The position numbers and the translations under genes were made by a program. The notes beneath the pieces were generated by a model. That model was not told the DNA's origin. It made no database searches and saw nothing but the letters and a program-made list of their open reading frames with translations. 64,000 nt of DNA from Lama guanicoe (taxonomy: Eukaryota): contig MU053810.1 in NCBI GenBank assembly GCA_013239625.1, positions 620,001-684,000 on the forward strand. The letters are read 5' to 3'. Positions 15,885 through 29,856 of this stretch are shown piece after piece (the first letter of the stretch is position 1; the number at the start of each line of letters is the position of its first letter).

Positions 15885-16090
15885 TGATTTACTGAGTACT
15901 AGCTTTTGCTACACGTTGTGCTGGATTTTTCGTACACATCATCTCACCTAATCCTTGTAACAACTCTGAAATGGGTGCCCTTATCTGTAGAAGATTAACC
16001 TGAGGCCCAAAGAGGTTAAATGACTTGCAAAAGGCGACCCAGGTCATGAAAATGCTGGAATTTGAACTATTTGTGCTCAAGTGCGCTTGA
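15885..16090 (-). mobile_element. MIR-like SINE
   Basis: CTGAGGCCCAAAGAGGTTAAATGACTTGC core. Confidence 0.6.
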
Positions 16091-16461
16091 TTTTAATCAT
16101 GTTTTACCGTTATACCATAACAGAAGTTGAAAAGGGAAGTCCAGGGCATACAACAAAAGGGATGAGAATCCTAGAAGTCATTGAAACATTTGTAAAAATC
16201 ATCTCAATTAAAAAAAAAATCTCTAAGATCTTCCCCAACTGTTTTCCCTAAACCTCCAGGAAAGGTTCCTATTATTTCTAATATGCAACATACCTACACC
16301 CTCAGTTCAACTACTAAAGCTCACTGCCAAGATCAGTAACTGCTAAACACTGTTTGGAATCTTATGGCTCCCATCTCCTGAGGGGCTCTGAATTCTGCTA
16401 TTTTTTAATAACCCAAATCCTTCAAAATGAAATTTACACCCATGAATCACCAGTCCTAAAC

Positions 16462-16795
16462 TGCTGCATTTCCATACACTAGCAACAAGCTATCAGAAAG
16501 AGAAATTAAGGAAACAGTCCCATCTGCCACTGCATCAAAAAGAATAAAAAACCCAGGAATAAACCTACTCAAGGAGGTAAAAGATCTGTACTCAGAAAAC
16601 TATGACACTGATGAAAGAAATTAAAGACGACACAAGCAGGTGGAAAGATACACCATGTTGTCGGGTTGGAAGAATTAATACTGTCAAAATGACCAGGCTA
16701 CCCAAAGCAATCTAGACTCAGTGCAATCCCTACCAAAATACCAATGGCATTTTTCACAGAACTAAAACAAACAATGTTAAAATTTGTATGGAAAC
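16462..16795 (+). mobile_element. L1 ORF2 internal fragment
   Basis: GCATCAAAAAGAATAAAA...CCCAAAGCAATCTAGACTCAGTGCAATCCCTACCAAAATACCAATGGCATTTTTCACAGAACT. Confidence 0.88.
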
Positions 16796-17276
16796 CCATC
16801 TCCCTTTTAAATTAGAATTGTTGATAAATACATTCAAGTTTACTTGGAAGTTGAAGTTTACAGAGGTTAAAGTACAAGCTGTTGCAAATAGCCAGCTCCA
16901 AAGGATATTCATCACAGGTCAAATTTTAACTAGTGAAAACCACTGCCATCCAAAAGGTTACTGGGAACAAATTCAGTATCTCTAAAAAGACTTACTGCAG
17001 TGAAAATCCTAGTAAATGAGGTAGTTGCAGGCCTTGATTTTGGCCAAGATAAACATACGAAGAAAGAAGACTGATGAAGGGCAAAGAGGAGAAAGGCACC
17101 GTAACCCTGACCATACCTCCCCTGACTTCCCTGTGTCACCTTTGATGTGGAAGGATGCCATGTGTCTATTTTCAGAAATGTTCGTCCTTCGATTTACTGT
17201 GCCAATACCAAAAAGCTATGTACGTGATCATCCCACTAACTCAGTCATTCCTCTCAACCAAGATGGTACCTTTTAG

Positions 17277-17417
17277 TTTTTGGTTTATGTTTGTTTGTTT
17301 AGGGGGGAGGTAATTAGGTTTATTTATTTATTTATTTAATGGAGGTACTGGGGATTGAACCCAGGACCTCATGCATGCTAAGCATGCACTTTACCACCTG
17401 AGCTACACCCTCCCCCT
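17277..17417 (-). mobile_element. tRNA-derived SINE with 18-bp TSD
   Basis: TSD CAAGATGGTACCTTTTAG at 17259-17276 and 17418-17435. Confidence 0.92.
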
Positions 17418-18580
17418 CAAGATGGTACCTTTTAGGATAGCTGACAGGCATCATGAAAAAGACTAAGGCCTCATCAGCCTACGGTCACTAATGGAACTGA
17501 CCATAACTACACACTTATACAGAATTTAAGGAAGAACCCAGTGAATCTTAATGGTCTTCATTAGCAAAAAAGAAGTTCTTACTCATTCTAGGACATAGTC
17601 ATATAGGATATCACCCTATATGTGAAGGGCTTCCTTTCTTAATTCTTGGTGTTATGGTTGTACTTGCAAAAGTCAGTACTAAATGTCACAAGTAAATTGC
17701 ATATACAGACCCCTACTTCCATTTCTTAGTGAGAATAAATCATTTAATAAGTATTCAGTTAAGTGTAGAGCTGAAAGGGACGTAAGACAAGGGCCTGACA
17801 AGGCAGAATCCTGCAATGTAAATGAGAAGATGGTTCCCACAGAAAACCACACACATTTAGAAAAAGTTCAATAGCATCCAAGGGGTTGGTCTCAGAATGA
17901 GAGGTAAGGGAGTTCAGATTAGGACAGCTTGAAGTTGTCTGGAAGGACATCAGGGAGGAGAAGGAAATGGAGCTGGACTGTAGAAAATGGGTAAAAAGTG
18001 GAAAGGCACAGAATGAAGAAGAACAGCTTTGGAAAGTGGGGGAATTTACGTTGGAGGCAGAATGGGTCAAGAAACACGAAGGGGATGGAGTAGCAAGCCC
18101 AATAAACTGGGTTTTATTTAGAGAGGCAAAGTAGAGCCTTTGGAGACCTGAGTAAGAAAGTGACTCAGTTAAACCAATGTTTTAGAAAGACTGGACTAAG
18201 CTGGCAGGGAACTAGGTTATAAATTAAATAATACCAGCTGGGCTAGCAGGTTTACCTCTTTGAAGTAATGGATCTCTTTGAGACTGTAATGAAAGCAATG
18301 GGCCCTTTGCCTAGAAACAGACACACACACACAGAGTTGTGCAGAGTACACAGACCCCTTGAAACCTTCTCATATGGGTCCATGGACGCAGGTTAAGAAC
18401 CCTTCAATTAAGCTTTTTTTTTTTTTGGAGTAGAGCAGAATTAAAGGCCTGCTAAGATTCTAGTTAGCGACAATACGAAGAAAGCAAGGCTTTAAGAAAC
18501 AGAGCAATCAAAATTTGATAGAAAGTTTGAGATGAAAAAGTTGAAGGTGGATTGCTGGCCTCAGATTTTTACAATCCACC

Positions 18581-20635
18581 TGTAGCAGAGACTGGTATCT
18601 ATTTCCCTTCCGTTGCCTGTTAACAGATAGCTGAGTATGTGGCCACCCAGAATAAAGATACATTTTGCAACCTTCCAAGTAGCCAGGGTGACCATGTGAC
18701 TATGTTCTGGCCAGTCAGAAGGTAGTAGAAGTGACGTTGCAACTTTTGGGTCTTGCCCTTAAAAGAACAGCATTCTCTTCCCTTTCCCCTTTCCTCCTTG
18801 CTGGCCAGTATGCGGCTCTAGTGGTAAACCATCCTGGACCAGAGCTGAAAGCAACACCCACAGGATGGTGAGAAAACCACCTAGAAGGATGTTTGAACCC
18901 CTATGACTTTGCAGAGCAGAGCTGTCATCCCAGCTCAGACTTTTACTTACTTCATTCACGTCATTGTTACTCCAGGTCTCCGGCACCGCCCCTGAACTGA
19001 TCCTAACATGGGATTTGGTACCGCAGGTGGGTTGCTGCCGTAACAGAATCTCAAATGTATCTGACGCTGGTTTAGCAGTCAGGCGGTGGGTGCCGAGGAC
19101 CCAGATATTTCAGACTAGAAGGCTGACGAGCAGAGTTACATTATCTGACAAAACATTTGGTAAAACTGTCACCTGTGCTATCCTGACAGGCAGGCTACAT
19201 TGCCTACAGAGTCTGTCGCTCGGTAGTCTGGGTTCACTGTTTCTTGTCATTTCCAGGGAAGTCTCAGGGGAAAGGTGAGGTCTAGCTAATCAGCAAGAAG
19301 TGAAAGAGGGAAAAGAAATTCACTCTATTAATGGGAAGTAGTCTCCATCTATGGCCTCAGTGCCTGGAAGGCGGACCCTGGCAAGGCTGGAAGAGCAGAA
19401 GCAGGTAGTAAAGGCGGTTCTGAAGAGGCTATCTTAGCAGGAGATAGGAGAAAAGATGAAACCTTCTTTCAACCACCTTTTAGGAAGCATTCTCTGTTAG
19501 ACACGAAAGCCAGCTCAGCCTTCAAGATCACACAAAGGGTGCTGCCTTCCCACCAGAGCATATTAAATTTAGGGAGCCAAACGGGTGGAGTGCAGAAGCA
19601 GTAAATAAAAGACTGGAGTTTTCAGGCTTAAAAACAAACTAGGTCTAGATGAGCTCTCTTTCTCTCTCTCTCTCTTTTTTTTTTTGCAATTTGAAATCAT
19701 ACATTTATTTAATCTTTTATTATAGAAATATCCTTATCAGTAAAATTCCCCATGAATATAATTTAGACATAATTTTATTAACACTTCCTTTATTGTTGGG
19801 TATCTGAGGCTCTAAATTTTCTCAATTAAACACAATGCCAAGGTGAATATCTTTATGCAGAGATATTTGTTGACATTCTGAAATATTTCCTAGAAGCTGA
19901 GAATTGCTGTATCAGAGACTATGAACCAAGGTTCCTGAGACATCTTGCCAAATAGTGCTCTAGGATGGATCCCTAGGCGAGGGCAACTTGCTCGTGGAAT
20001 CACTAGAAGTAAAAAGACTGCAGACCTATGAAGTTTAGTTAAAAAACTGAACTGCTAAAGAAATCTCAACTCTGGCCAGAAAACAAAAAATCTGTAATTG
20101 ATGACCACCAACAGTAACTCTCAGGCTCCTAACTTTATCAAAATAAAGCATGGAAGATGTGCCGCCCCCAAGGAGGGCACAATCCCTAGTGCCCTCACAA
20201 GAGATCCCATGGAAGATAACAGTTAAAGAAGAACCCATAAGGCAAAACCAGGGGAATGGACGGGGCAGAGTTGAGGGGCCAAACAATCTAGTGAACTTAC
20301 CACTCAGCCACATCAAGGAGCTTTACCAGTTCTCCCCAATAGGATTTGTTAACTGGTTTGAACCAGTGGCTGCTAGAGATTCCTCACTCTTTCCTTTGGT
20401 GGATGCGAGTTTCCTTTGTACATTGAATGTGTATATTGGGGTGGACACAGCTCATTAAATTCCGGACTCTGGGAGCCGCAGCCCGACTTGATGGAGAGGA
20501 CTGCACATTCTCCAGAGATAATGGACTTAGAGCTGGACTCAGACATTGAATGGAGGAGAGTGGAGGTGAATACATTCCATGTATGGGAAGAAAAGCTAAG
20601 GAAATCTGAATGGCCACAGGGGTAAAGTGTGTGAT
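18581..20635 (+). mobile_element. Degenerate ERVL-class LTR (~18581-19010) plus internal remnant
   Basis: GACCATGTGACTATGTTCTGGCCA LTR motif, GATTTGGTACC junction, GGCCACAGGGGTAAAGTGTG end; family by recall. Confidence 0.5.
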
Positions 20636-20982
20636 TACTAGTTATTTTCTAACATTTATTTTAGTCTTCTCTCTCAAAATAATCTTTAGCTGGAATATGG
20701 TCACCCTGAATCAATGCTATGCTTTCCAATCTCTCTTGAGGGTATGTATAGACATAGTCTAACACTATTGGACGTGATGTATGCAATCTCCTTCCCCATT
20801 CCTCCCACCCCCAACAGACATACTAGGAGGTAAGTATCTATAGAAGAAGAGTTTTTACAAAATAATGTGATAAGTTCCGAAACAGAAAGAACTGACACAG
20901 ATCTACATGGAATGGTAATGTTGAAGAAAGTTACAAAATGGCCCATTCGTCTTTCAGTTTTATTCAAAGTATTAAAAATATA

Positions 20983-21130
20983 GGGGGAGGGAATAGTTCA
21001 AGTGGTAGAGCGCATGCTTAACATGCACAAGATCCTGGGTTCAATCCCCAGTACCTCCTCTAAAAAATCAGTAAATAAGCCTAATTACACCCCCCCAAAA
21101 GAAACAGAAGAATTAAAAAAAAAAGGAAAA
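20983..21130 (+). mobile_element. tRNA-derived SINE
   Basis: A/B boxes and CCTAATTACACCCC tail. Confidence 0.88.
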
Positions 21131-21629
21131 AATTCCTTAAGTCAGATCCTGTTAACTGTGCAACAAACAACTATTTCCTGATACTGATTTTACTCTCTCC
21201 TTCCAATAGAACACAAGACTGTACCCTTAGCCTGCAGTTCTAACTCAGTACTGAACTTTAAAATTTCACCAAGCACCTCACAACAGAGCAAGTTCATTAC
21301 TAGGGGAGGGTTGGGGGGCACAATTTAGTGATGAGGGAAGAGAGAAGATCATATATGAATAAAATCAACTCCAGAGATATTTTTCAAACCATACCAGCCC
21401 AAAACTCCCTGGATGATTTGGATATAGTCTTGCAGGTAACCACCAGTGCCATAAAGACAAAGCTTAATTCTCAGCTACCAAGCTGTTAGTAAGAATCAGA
21501 GACCCAGTTGTGAGGGGAAACCTCAAATAAGAGCAGAGTAATTGCACACAGAGCACCCACTAATGTAATGTTAAATGTCAAACACACCCTGTGCACCTGC
21601 CCTAATCCCTTATGACAATAACGATGTCT

Positions 21630-21786
21630 GACCAGGGACCTCTTGCTAGAGAATCACCTGGGCTTGAACTTCATCTTGGGCCACTGAAGGAGACCCTGGG
21701 AGGAGAGGGTGAGGACGACTTGGGAGCTAGCATTTTAAAAACCATTCAATGTGATTTGAATGCACACTTCAGTTTGAGGACAACTG
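21630..21786. mobile_element. MER5-like hAT MITE remnant
   Basis: AGAATCACCTGGG...GTGATTTGAATGCACACTTCAGTTTGAG. Confidence 0.5.
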
Positions 21787-22429
21787 ACACGTAAAATTCT
21801 AGACACTAAATCTGCAAAGTGAAATAAGATACTGATAGTCTTACTCTCAAGGAATACAAAATCTAGTTGGCAAAAAATGCTTTCCCTCAAGAAACCCGGT
21901 GCACTCAAGAAAGAGAAATCAGTTTTACTCTAAATGTCCTGAGATCAAGAGCAACATAATTGAGGTTCCAGTGTGTGATGTACCATTCAAAGGTCAGGTG
22001 CTTAGACAGTGAAGGGGATCTTAATTGTTATCTAATAACTGGAGCAAATGCCAAATGACCTTCCTCTAATAATCAATCTGTATTTATCATCTATTCTGTG
22101 AGGATGCATAAAGGTACAATAATTTAGGAACATAAACCAAATACTCAAAATTAGTCTTTTGCGCATGACAATGCAACAGAGGTTTCAAAAACTGATACTG
22201 TGTCTCCTAATGCAATAAAATCACCAGCAACATGATTCTAAATCCAGCAAAGTTCTTAACTCTGAAATTAAAGTTAAGAGGCTAGACAGAGGAGATCAAT
22301 GTATAATAAATACCATGCTAACTAATTGCCCTCTTCACCCGAGCGGTACAGTCCTGATCCCCACACATCCCCGCTGACACCAGCCTTGGAGACGGCCTGG
22401 AAATGTGTCCTTGGGTAAACTCCAGTAGT

Positions 22430-23220
22430 TGGCACAACTTAGAACTTTTCTTTTCCCGCAGCCCCGCCTCCGCGAAGAGCTGTTTCCACACGTTTTACAA
22501 CAAAGGAATGGAAAAGACAAGAATTCACAAAACAGTTACGAACAGGGCGTGACCACAACAGTGACAATACGCACACCTGTTTCCCTGCGCCCCCTCTTCT
22601 CCACCATCCGCCTGCACGCACACGGAAGCCCCCAGAAGCCGCGCCCCCGCAAAAGCACCACCTCCGCAGGCCCCGCAAGAAGGCCTCCTGACTCCCCAGC
22701 CCACCACGCCCACAGCCCGGGCCCCATCCCCCACCTGGGGGGCGCGCCAAGCCGCCCTGGGGCTCCTGGCTCTCGGGTTTCCTCGGCCGGTAGCCGTAGA
22801 CACCCCTCTCCGTCTGGTAGCCACGCCGGAGGAGGAGCGGAGGCGCCCGGCGGAGCCCCAGTTTTGCTGCTGCCACAGTGGCCAAAGCCATGTCCCCCTG
22901 GCCCCGGGCCCAGAGACCCGCGGGAGCTCGAGGGGCCGCGGCCGCTGGGAGGAGCGAGGGTTGCTCCGGCGCCACCTGACTGTTCCGAACCCAACGCGTG
23001 GGAGGCGAGGTGGGAGGAGGGAGCCGAGGGGAAGCCCCGCTTCCTAGACAACGTCCCCACTTCTGATTGGCTAGTCTCGTGCCTCTCATCCAATCCAGAT
23101 CAGCGGCCCTCAGGGCGAAGCCACGCCCCCGGGGTCTAGCGGGACACGCGCGGTCCTAGAGGCTGAGGGTGTCCCAGGATTTGGACAAGTGGGGAGCGGT
23201 GAGCCGAGCGTTACCGGCTT
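22430..23220 (-). promoter_or_regulatory. DHTKD1 CpG island/promoter with CCAAT boxes (23066-23070, 23090-23094) and SP/KLF GC box (23120-23130)
   Basis: GC- and CpG-rich stretch over exon 1; CTGATTGGCT, CCAAT and GCCACGCCCCC motifs read directly. Confidence 0.8.
22735..22891 (-). CDS. DHTKD1: DHTKD1 exon 1 coding part (157 nt; Arg/Ala/Leu-rich mitochondrial presequence)
   Basis: ATG at 22891-22889 in GACATGG context, GT 22734-22733; [52 protein letters not shown]. Confidence 0.95.
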
Positions 23221-24170
23221 TCTGGTACAAACCTTAATATATCTGTGTATGCTGCAGTCTCCCGCCAGGAGTGATCAGCCACCAACCCTCCCCTGGAAGA
23301 TCACCCCTTCCACAACCCCTGCCTACACACACGATGTCGTCTCCAACAGAAAGGAAAAATTAGCGACGGGGTGCATGAAAAGTGGCTGGGACTGAGTCCA
23401 AGAGATGCGAGAAGAAAAGGTCATAGAAGGAAGCAGAAAACCAATACCCCCCCTCCATTTATGTTTTTGTAAGAAACACTGTGGGAAAAATAAAATGGGG
23501 CAGAAGGAGCCTGTAGGAAAGCGATACAGTAGTAGAGAGGAGAAATTGGCAGCAGTGCAGAGATACTTGAGATTCTCAGGTGGTCTATCTCTGACTGAGT
23601 TTCCTAAACTATTCTATTCCACGACTCATCTTAAACTTTGCCAGTGCGGTGGGGGAGGGGGGTCTGACTTTTTCCCAGTCAGTCATCCATCATGCCAGTC
23701 ACCTGGGCAGCTGCACTCCATACTAGGAACATTACACATATGAGCCTAATATATCTTTACACTTTACTTTTTCAACCACTATTCGCACAGAGCCCTCTGC
23801 TGGGTCACAGAGATTAATAAGACATGTCTGCTCCTAATCAGTTCCCAGTCCAGCTGCAGGCTGATCTCAACACATACTATGAGAGACGCTGTAATCCAGG
23901 CGTGTGCAGGTGCCCTGAAAGCACAGACAGGTATATCAGGGGAACCTCCAAGTGGAAGGCACACTAGGACATAATCTGGAGGGCTGAGGAGTTAGGCAAG
24001 TGTGCAAGGAGAGGGGATGGCATGGACACAGAAGCCTGAGAGAGGCTGTAACGCACTGCAAGTGATTCCAAGAGTCTGGCAAACTAGGTGTGTATTAAGA
24101 GATGGGGGTGGAAAGGTAGATATGGGACAACCGGGTGATTAAAAGAGCTCTCAGTAGAAGAGAAGAAAAT

Positions 24171-24290
24171 GGGGGGAGGGTATAATCGAGTGGTAGAGTG
24201 CATGCCTACCCTGCTCAGGGTCCTGGGTTCAATTCCCAGTACTTTCATCAAAATAAACAAACAGACAAACCTAATCACTCCCCAAAAGGC
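24171..24290 (+). mobile_element. tRNA-derived SINE
   Basis: GGGGGGAGGGTATA...GGGTTCAATTCCCAGTAC...CCTAATCACTCCCC. Confidence 0.87.
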
Positions 24291-26879
24291 TAAAAGAGTG
24301 AGAGAGAGAGAGAGAAAAGGAAGAAATTACAGGTTCAATGACCCTTTATATCCCAGAGAAGATGTAATGCATAGTGACAAGGTTAGACTTGGACAGAAGG
24401 AAGGCACTTCATAAAATATAAAAAGAGGAAAGGCAGAGCAAAAGGATATCTATTCAAGTAGGTAGATAGATTTGATCATGGGAGGATAAGGAAGTTCCTT
24501 TCTACTTTTTTGTGTGTGTGATATGAAGCAAGATTGACAGCTGAAAGTGACAGTGAAAAGATATGGGAGAAAAAAAGATACGAAACAGTGGGCTGGGAAA
24601 GTGAACAGACTCAGAAATGTCAAGATTTGAGGGATGCCAACAGTAAACTGATGCTTGTGGTTATGAACTTGACTCAGACCAGTCAATGTTGTGAGCTTTT
24701 CTCCAGATGTTCAGCTCCTTTTGCAGGTACAAAGTTGGCAGGAGTTGAATTTAACTGAGGATGGAGTTTTGCCTGGCAGGTGTGATGGAGAAATGGGGCA
24801 AGGGAGAATTCATTACATTGAGCTACGGAATCTGGGCCAAAAAGTAGAAAGGAGATTCACGTTGAAAAGTTGATTAGATCAGGGGATTGAATGTACCACG
24901 GGGAAAAGAGTAGTTGGAGTAGGGATTCTAGTGTAAGTGAACTGGTGGTCAGATTGAGCAACACTTGAAACTGAGACTTTGGGTGGAAGGCAGAAATTAG
25001 TATCAATTTCTTGAGACCTGCAGACCTTAGATAAGAATCCTTGATGTCAATTGGCAAAGTTCATAGTGTTTCAAAAAGCTTGATAGCACACTGCGTTGGT
25101 AAAGAATGAGAAACACACTCTCATACACTGCTAGAGGAAGGTGAAACGGTACAAACTCTGTAAAGGGAAAACCGTCACTGTCTTGCAAAATTAGAAATGC
25201 ATGTTTCATTTAACCCAGTGGCTCCACCTCTAGGAATTTGTCCAAAGATAGATTTTCATATGCACACTCACACACAATTATGAATGTACAAGAATATTCG
25301 TTGTTGTATTGTCTACAACTCAGAAAAGATTTTGAGTACCCTGAATATTAAAAAAAGGGACTAAGTAAGTCATACTCCTTCCCTACAACAGACTACTATA
25401 GAGTCATGAAAAAGAATGAAGCAGCTCACTGTATGCTGAGTTGGCACAATTCCTAAGATATATTTTTAAGTGAAAAAAAGCAAGAGTAGAGTATTAAGAC
25501 TATTAAAGTATACAGACTTTGTGGGGAGGAGGGTGTAGTGCAGTGGTACGGCGCATGCCTAGTAAGAAGGTTGTAGAGAGGAAGCAAAATGTTTGAAGTG
25601 ATCATTGCAGTGGTGATGCAAATTTTAATGACCAGGAAGCTGGTTGGCTAAAGTGGCGTGGGGGACAAGATCATCAGAAGTGAGAATGTCAAGGAAATCA
25701 GAGGACAGGTTTTTAGATAAGTTGCCATGAGGACATTAATATCTCCTTGGAAATGGTGGGGCTCAAAGTAGAGGAAGACTCCAAGTCAAGGGTTAAAGGT
25801 TTCAGTGAATCACTAGGAAACTGGCAGATGATGCTGAGAAAGGACAGGTGTGGGGCAGCAGCCCAAATGCATGGATTCAAATCAGCAGGGAAATTTCCAG
25901 GAAGTAGACAGCAACTGGGAATAATGATGATAGAGATCCCATCTTGGGACCCTAAATACATCCAAAGTAGTTCTCAAATCTCTTCACTCTGCGTCTTGTT
26001 GCCTAGTCCTGGCCAGCAGCCCCTCTCTCCAGGAGCTCCACAGCAGCTTCCTAAACGGCCTGCTTGTCCTGGGTCTTTCCTTGGACACTCCTACTTCTTC
26101 CGCACTGTTATTTTTTTAAATTAATATCTGATTTATACCACTATTGCCTGAAACCCTTTCATGGCTCTCTGTTCTTCTTTGGATAAAGTCTGAATGTCTT
26201 AACATGGCTTAATCTTTCCGTTTTCTTTAGCCAGAAATGTCCATGTGCTGTGCTTTCACAAATGTCCAAACTGGGATATTTAGGTCATCTTAACAAATGG
26301 AGCTCTGTGTCATCTTTACAAAGGGAAATTTATGCCCTGCTTTTAGGTATAAAAGGAGAGGGCAATTTCTCAACTGCCTTCAGCTTAAAATAATTAATAT
26401 GCCAAAGTGGCATATTTCGGGGCAGTGTGTTCTGATCCCCTTTACTACGTAAGCCTTAGGCAGTTTCCTTTAACTCTTAGTCCATATATTTATCTGTAAA
26501 ATATTTAAGTATTTGTGTAAAACACACAAAGTTCAGGGGCTAGAATATAATAGATGCTCAATAAACGGTAGCTATCACTATTACTGTTATTATTATTGTT
26601 AAGTAAGAAAGTGATTTGGAAGTTAGAGTTATACATGGTGCTAAAGAGGAAGTGGAAGTTAAAACTGTCAGAGCTAAAGTTAAGGTCCAGTGAGGTTAGG
26701 ATGCAGGACAGGGTCTTCTTTATGGACAATAAAATGGCCTAGCATTATAGTGGACCTTTTATGCAATTTTGTCATTATCAGTTTCTGCCTGTCTTCCTTG
26801 AGGCCAGGAATAGTGCTTTATTCATTTTGCATTTTATTTCCACAACAGTGATTGATACATAGTAACACATTAAAAATTA

Positions 26880-27342
26880 GATGGGTAACACAATCCAGAG
26901 AATAAGACAAGCCACAGACTGGGGGAAAGTATTTGCAAAAGACATTTTATTGTAATGATGGATACACGTCATTAGGTGTACGACCAAACCCACAGAATGT
27001 ACAAGAGTGAACCATACAATGAAGACAAATATATGTATGTTCCTGTATGACTGAAGTATTGTGCTATACACCAGAAATTGACACAACATTGTAAACTGAC
27101 TGTACTTCAATAAAAATATATTAAAAAAAATCGAACCATACAGTAGACTCTGGACTTCGGGTGATTATGATGTGTCAATGTAGGTTCATGGACTGCAACA
27201 AATGTACCACTTCGGTGAGGGATGCTGATAATGGGGGAGTCTGTGCATGTGTACGGGAGGCAGTATATGGGAAATCCCTGTACCTTCTTCCCAATTTGTT
27301 GTAAAGTTAAAACTACTCTAACATATAAAGTCTCAAAAAAAA
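26880..27342 (+). mobile_element. Old L1 3' fragment with a younger short L1 3' end nested at 27019-27132
   Basis: TSD GAACCATACA at 27009-27018 and 27133-27142; insert resembles the L1 tail at ~550-645. Confidence 0.75.
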
Positions 27343-27551
27343 ATTAGAGGGATGCATGGATGAATGATAACAAACAATGTGGTTAGTTCAGCAATCTGTT
27401 GATGTCAAATGGGGTTAAAAAATAAAGTGTTTATGAAGAAGACCATAGGCCACATTTAAAGTCTGAAATACGCCATACTTATAAACATATTTGCTTAAGT
27501 ATGTGTGTAAAACATGCAATATTAAAATAATAATGATTATCATCATACTAG

Positions 27552-27950
27552 TTATCTATTGTTGTACCACATTAAGTTGTGTTACCTCACAACTTCCCTC
27601 ACCGTTTCTGTAGGTCGCTAGTCCAGACACAGCTAAACTCAATGCCTCAGGCTCCAAGCCTCTCACGAGGTTGCAGTCAGGATGCAGGAGGAGATTACAT
27701 CTCACCTGAAGGCTCAAATGGGGAGAATCAACTTTCATTTCATTCCCTTCTTTGTTGGCAGGACTGAGCTCCTCATTGGCTGTTGGCCAGAAGCCAACCA
27801 CAGTTCTCTGCCCTGTGGGCCTCTCCAAAGTGTAGCTCACGTGACTGCCCTGAGAATGAGACAGGGGGCAGGGGGGCCAAGATGAACCAGTCTTTGCACT
27901 AATGTTGGTACTAACACCCATCACCTCTGCTGTATTATATTCACTGTAAG
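27552..27950 (-). mobile_element. MLT-like LTR
   Basis: GGCTCCAAGCCTCTCACGAGGTTGCAGTCAGGATG...GGCTGTTGGCCAGAAG typical of MLT LTRs. Confidence 0.6.
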
Positions 27951-29259
27951 TTTATGCAGTGTTCATCCTCTTGGCCTATCGGTCATGTGCTCTGTCACAT
28001 AACTCTTCCATGTGCAGCTAGGACACACTGCCCAAAAGATAACTATTGTCATTAGCTTACTATTATTATTAAACTGATATTGAACGTCGGGTATGAGAAT
28101 ATGAATATAAAATGACCTCTCTGTTTAACTGAGTCTTTCATTAAATTGGAAGAAAGAGGGTAAAGCCCAAGGGAATGGCTATTTCTACAGCTTACATGGG
28201 GAAAATTTAGGGAAGTATAACATATACAGTATCATGTCTGCAGTACAGAAACTTCCAGAAGAAAAATGAGCTAGAAATGACACTCATCCCTTTCCTTTTC
28301 CCTTAGCAACTGACACAAGAAGTGAGGTGGTGCCAGAGAGTCTCCGAGTAATACCTTTTTTCTTTCCAGCTATATTTCTCAGTGTGACAATATTGTCCTG
28401 CGTTATGAAGGCAACCACTTTTCTCTTGAATACTTAAAACACTTGGAAATCATAACACGGTGTGTTGCCAGTATTAAATTAAGATAATGAAGTTACGGGT
28501 CATAAAGTCTAATGTGCTCATTTTTAAAATGAAGCATCCGAGTCTCAGGTTACAAACGGCTTGCCCTAGTTTCACTCTGCTCCATGTGCATTAGCGGGGC
28601 TCGACGACCAAACACCAGTCCTGTTTCCTTTGTGCTTTCATGGATATGGATTTACTAACACACTAGGGACCCAGGCAGAGATTCTTGTGTGTGTATGTGT
28701 GTGTGTGTGTTGGTCTTGTTAGGACTAGATCATAAAATTATGTCTTTTCTTATTCTATATTCTGATTGTGTAAAAGGGAAAATCTTTATTAACAAGTATG
28801 TGGTACTCAGTTGTTTAAGGTGGAAAAACCTAGAATAGGAGGAAGAATTACATCAGACCATGAACTTTGGAATCAGACAGCCCAGAGTGGAGGTTCTAAT
28901 AAGTAGCTGTGTTATCCTGGGCACATTTTTAAAACTAGGCTAAGCCCTACCCTAGTCTTCCCGTTTATATAAACAATGAAAACAGTATCTACCAATATCA
29001 TTGGCCTGATACACTTTGAGAAAGAGATGTCTGTTTATTTCTTTCTATTCATCCATTCAACCACCCAGTGTTTAAAATTTCAATTACCGTTAAAGGAAAT
29101 CACAAAAAGGGATATGGAATTCTACATTTGGATAGTTAAGAGTCGGTATATTGCTTGGTAAATAAAAATGAAATTCCAATCTTAAAATATTCTGTTCTTT
29201 TCACTCTGGTTTAATCCTGCCTAAGTACACAGATTTTTCTTTCCCTTCCAAGAAACAGT

Positions 29260-29856
29260 TGTCAGAAAGGAAAAACATTTTTCCTCTGCCTTTTAGATTC
29301 AGTACCTGAGGTGTGTGAATTAAAATGACAACAGACAGATTAACAGGGGGGAAATGTATATAAATTTAATTGATGTTTTAAATTTTGCATGCATGGGGCT
29401 ATACAGAAGTGAAAGCTCAATGAAGCAGTTAGACTCAGAAGTTTACATACTATTTTAACAAAGGGTGATAAATTATGGAGAAGTGACTAGACAAAGGAAA
29501 GGAGGGTCTGGGCTTCAAGAAGTAGAAAATTATGGGAAGTAAATAGATGAGGTAACTAATGGAACCCATATAAGATATATTATCTATATAAATAACCTAT
29601 ATAAGGGTTATTTTAATAAGGTTTGTTTGCACAGTCTCATCTTGGTGTTGACTTTCCGTCTTCTTCATAGCCATAAATCTTCCAGAGAGGATATTTATGG
29701 CAATCCTCATTTCTCAAAAGCTTCTGCTTTTAGTCAGATAAAGGGAGCTCCAAGAAGTCTTCTTTCTGTGTCTGTTGATTCTCAGTTGCCTTCGGCTCAA
29801 AATAATGCACATGCCGAAGTGGCATATTTGGGGGCAGTATATTCTAATCCCATTCG
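29260..29856 (-). mobile_element. ERV1-type solo LTR; related partial copy at ~26290-26445
   Basis: Shared block TGCCTTC(A/G)GCT.AAAATAAT...ATGCC.AAGTGGCATATTT.GGGGCAGT at both sites. Confidence 0.6.

Noticed and set aside
22892..23089. In-frame upstream ATG (23089) that could extend DHTKD1 by 66 aa
   Set aside because: It sits among the CCAAT boxes, so probably upstream of the TSS; open frames are expected in GC-rich DNA and the extension would mask the mitochondrial presequence
22429..23139. Long overlapping ORFs over the DHTKD1 CpG island
   Set aside because: Stop-codon scarcity in GC-rich DNA; only the DHTKD1 frame is recognisable
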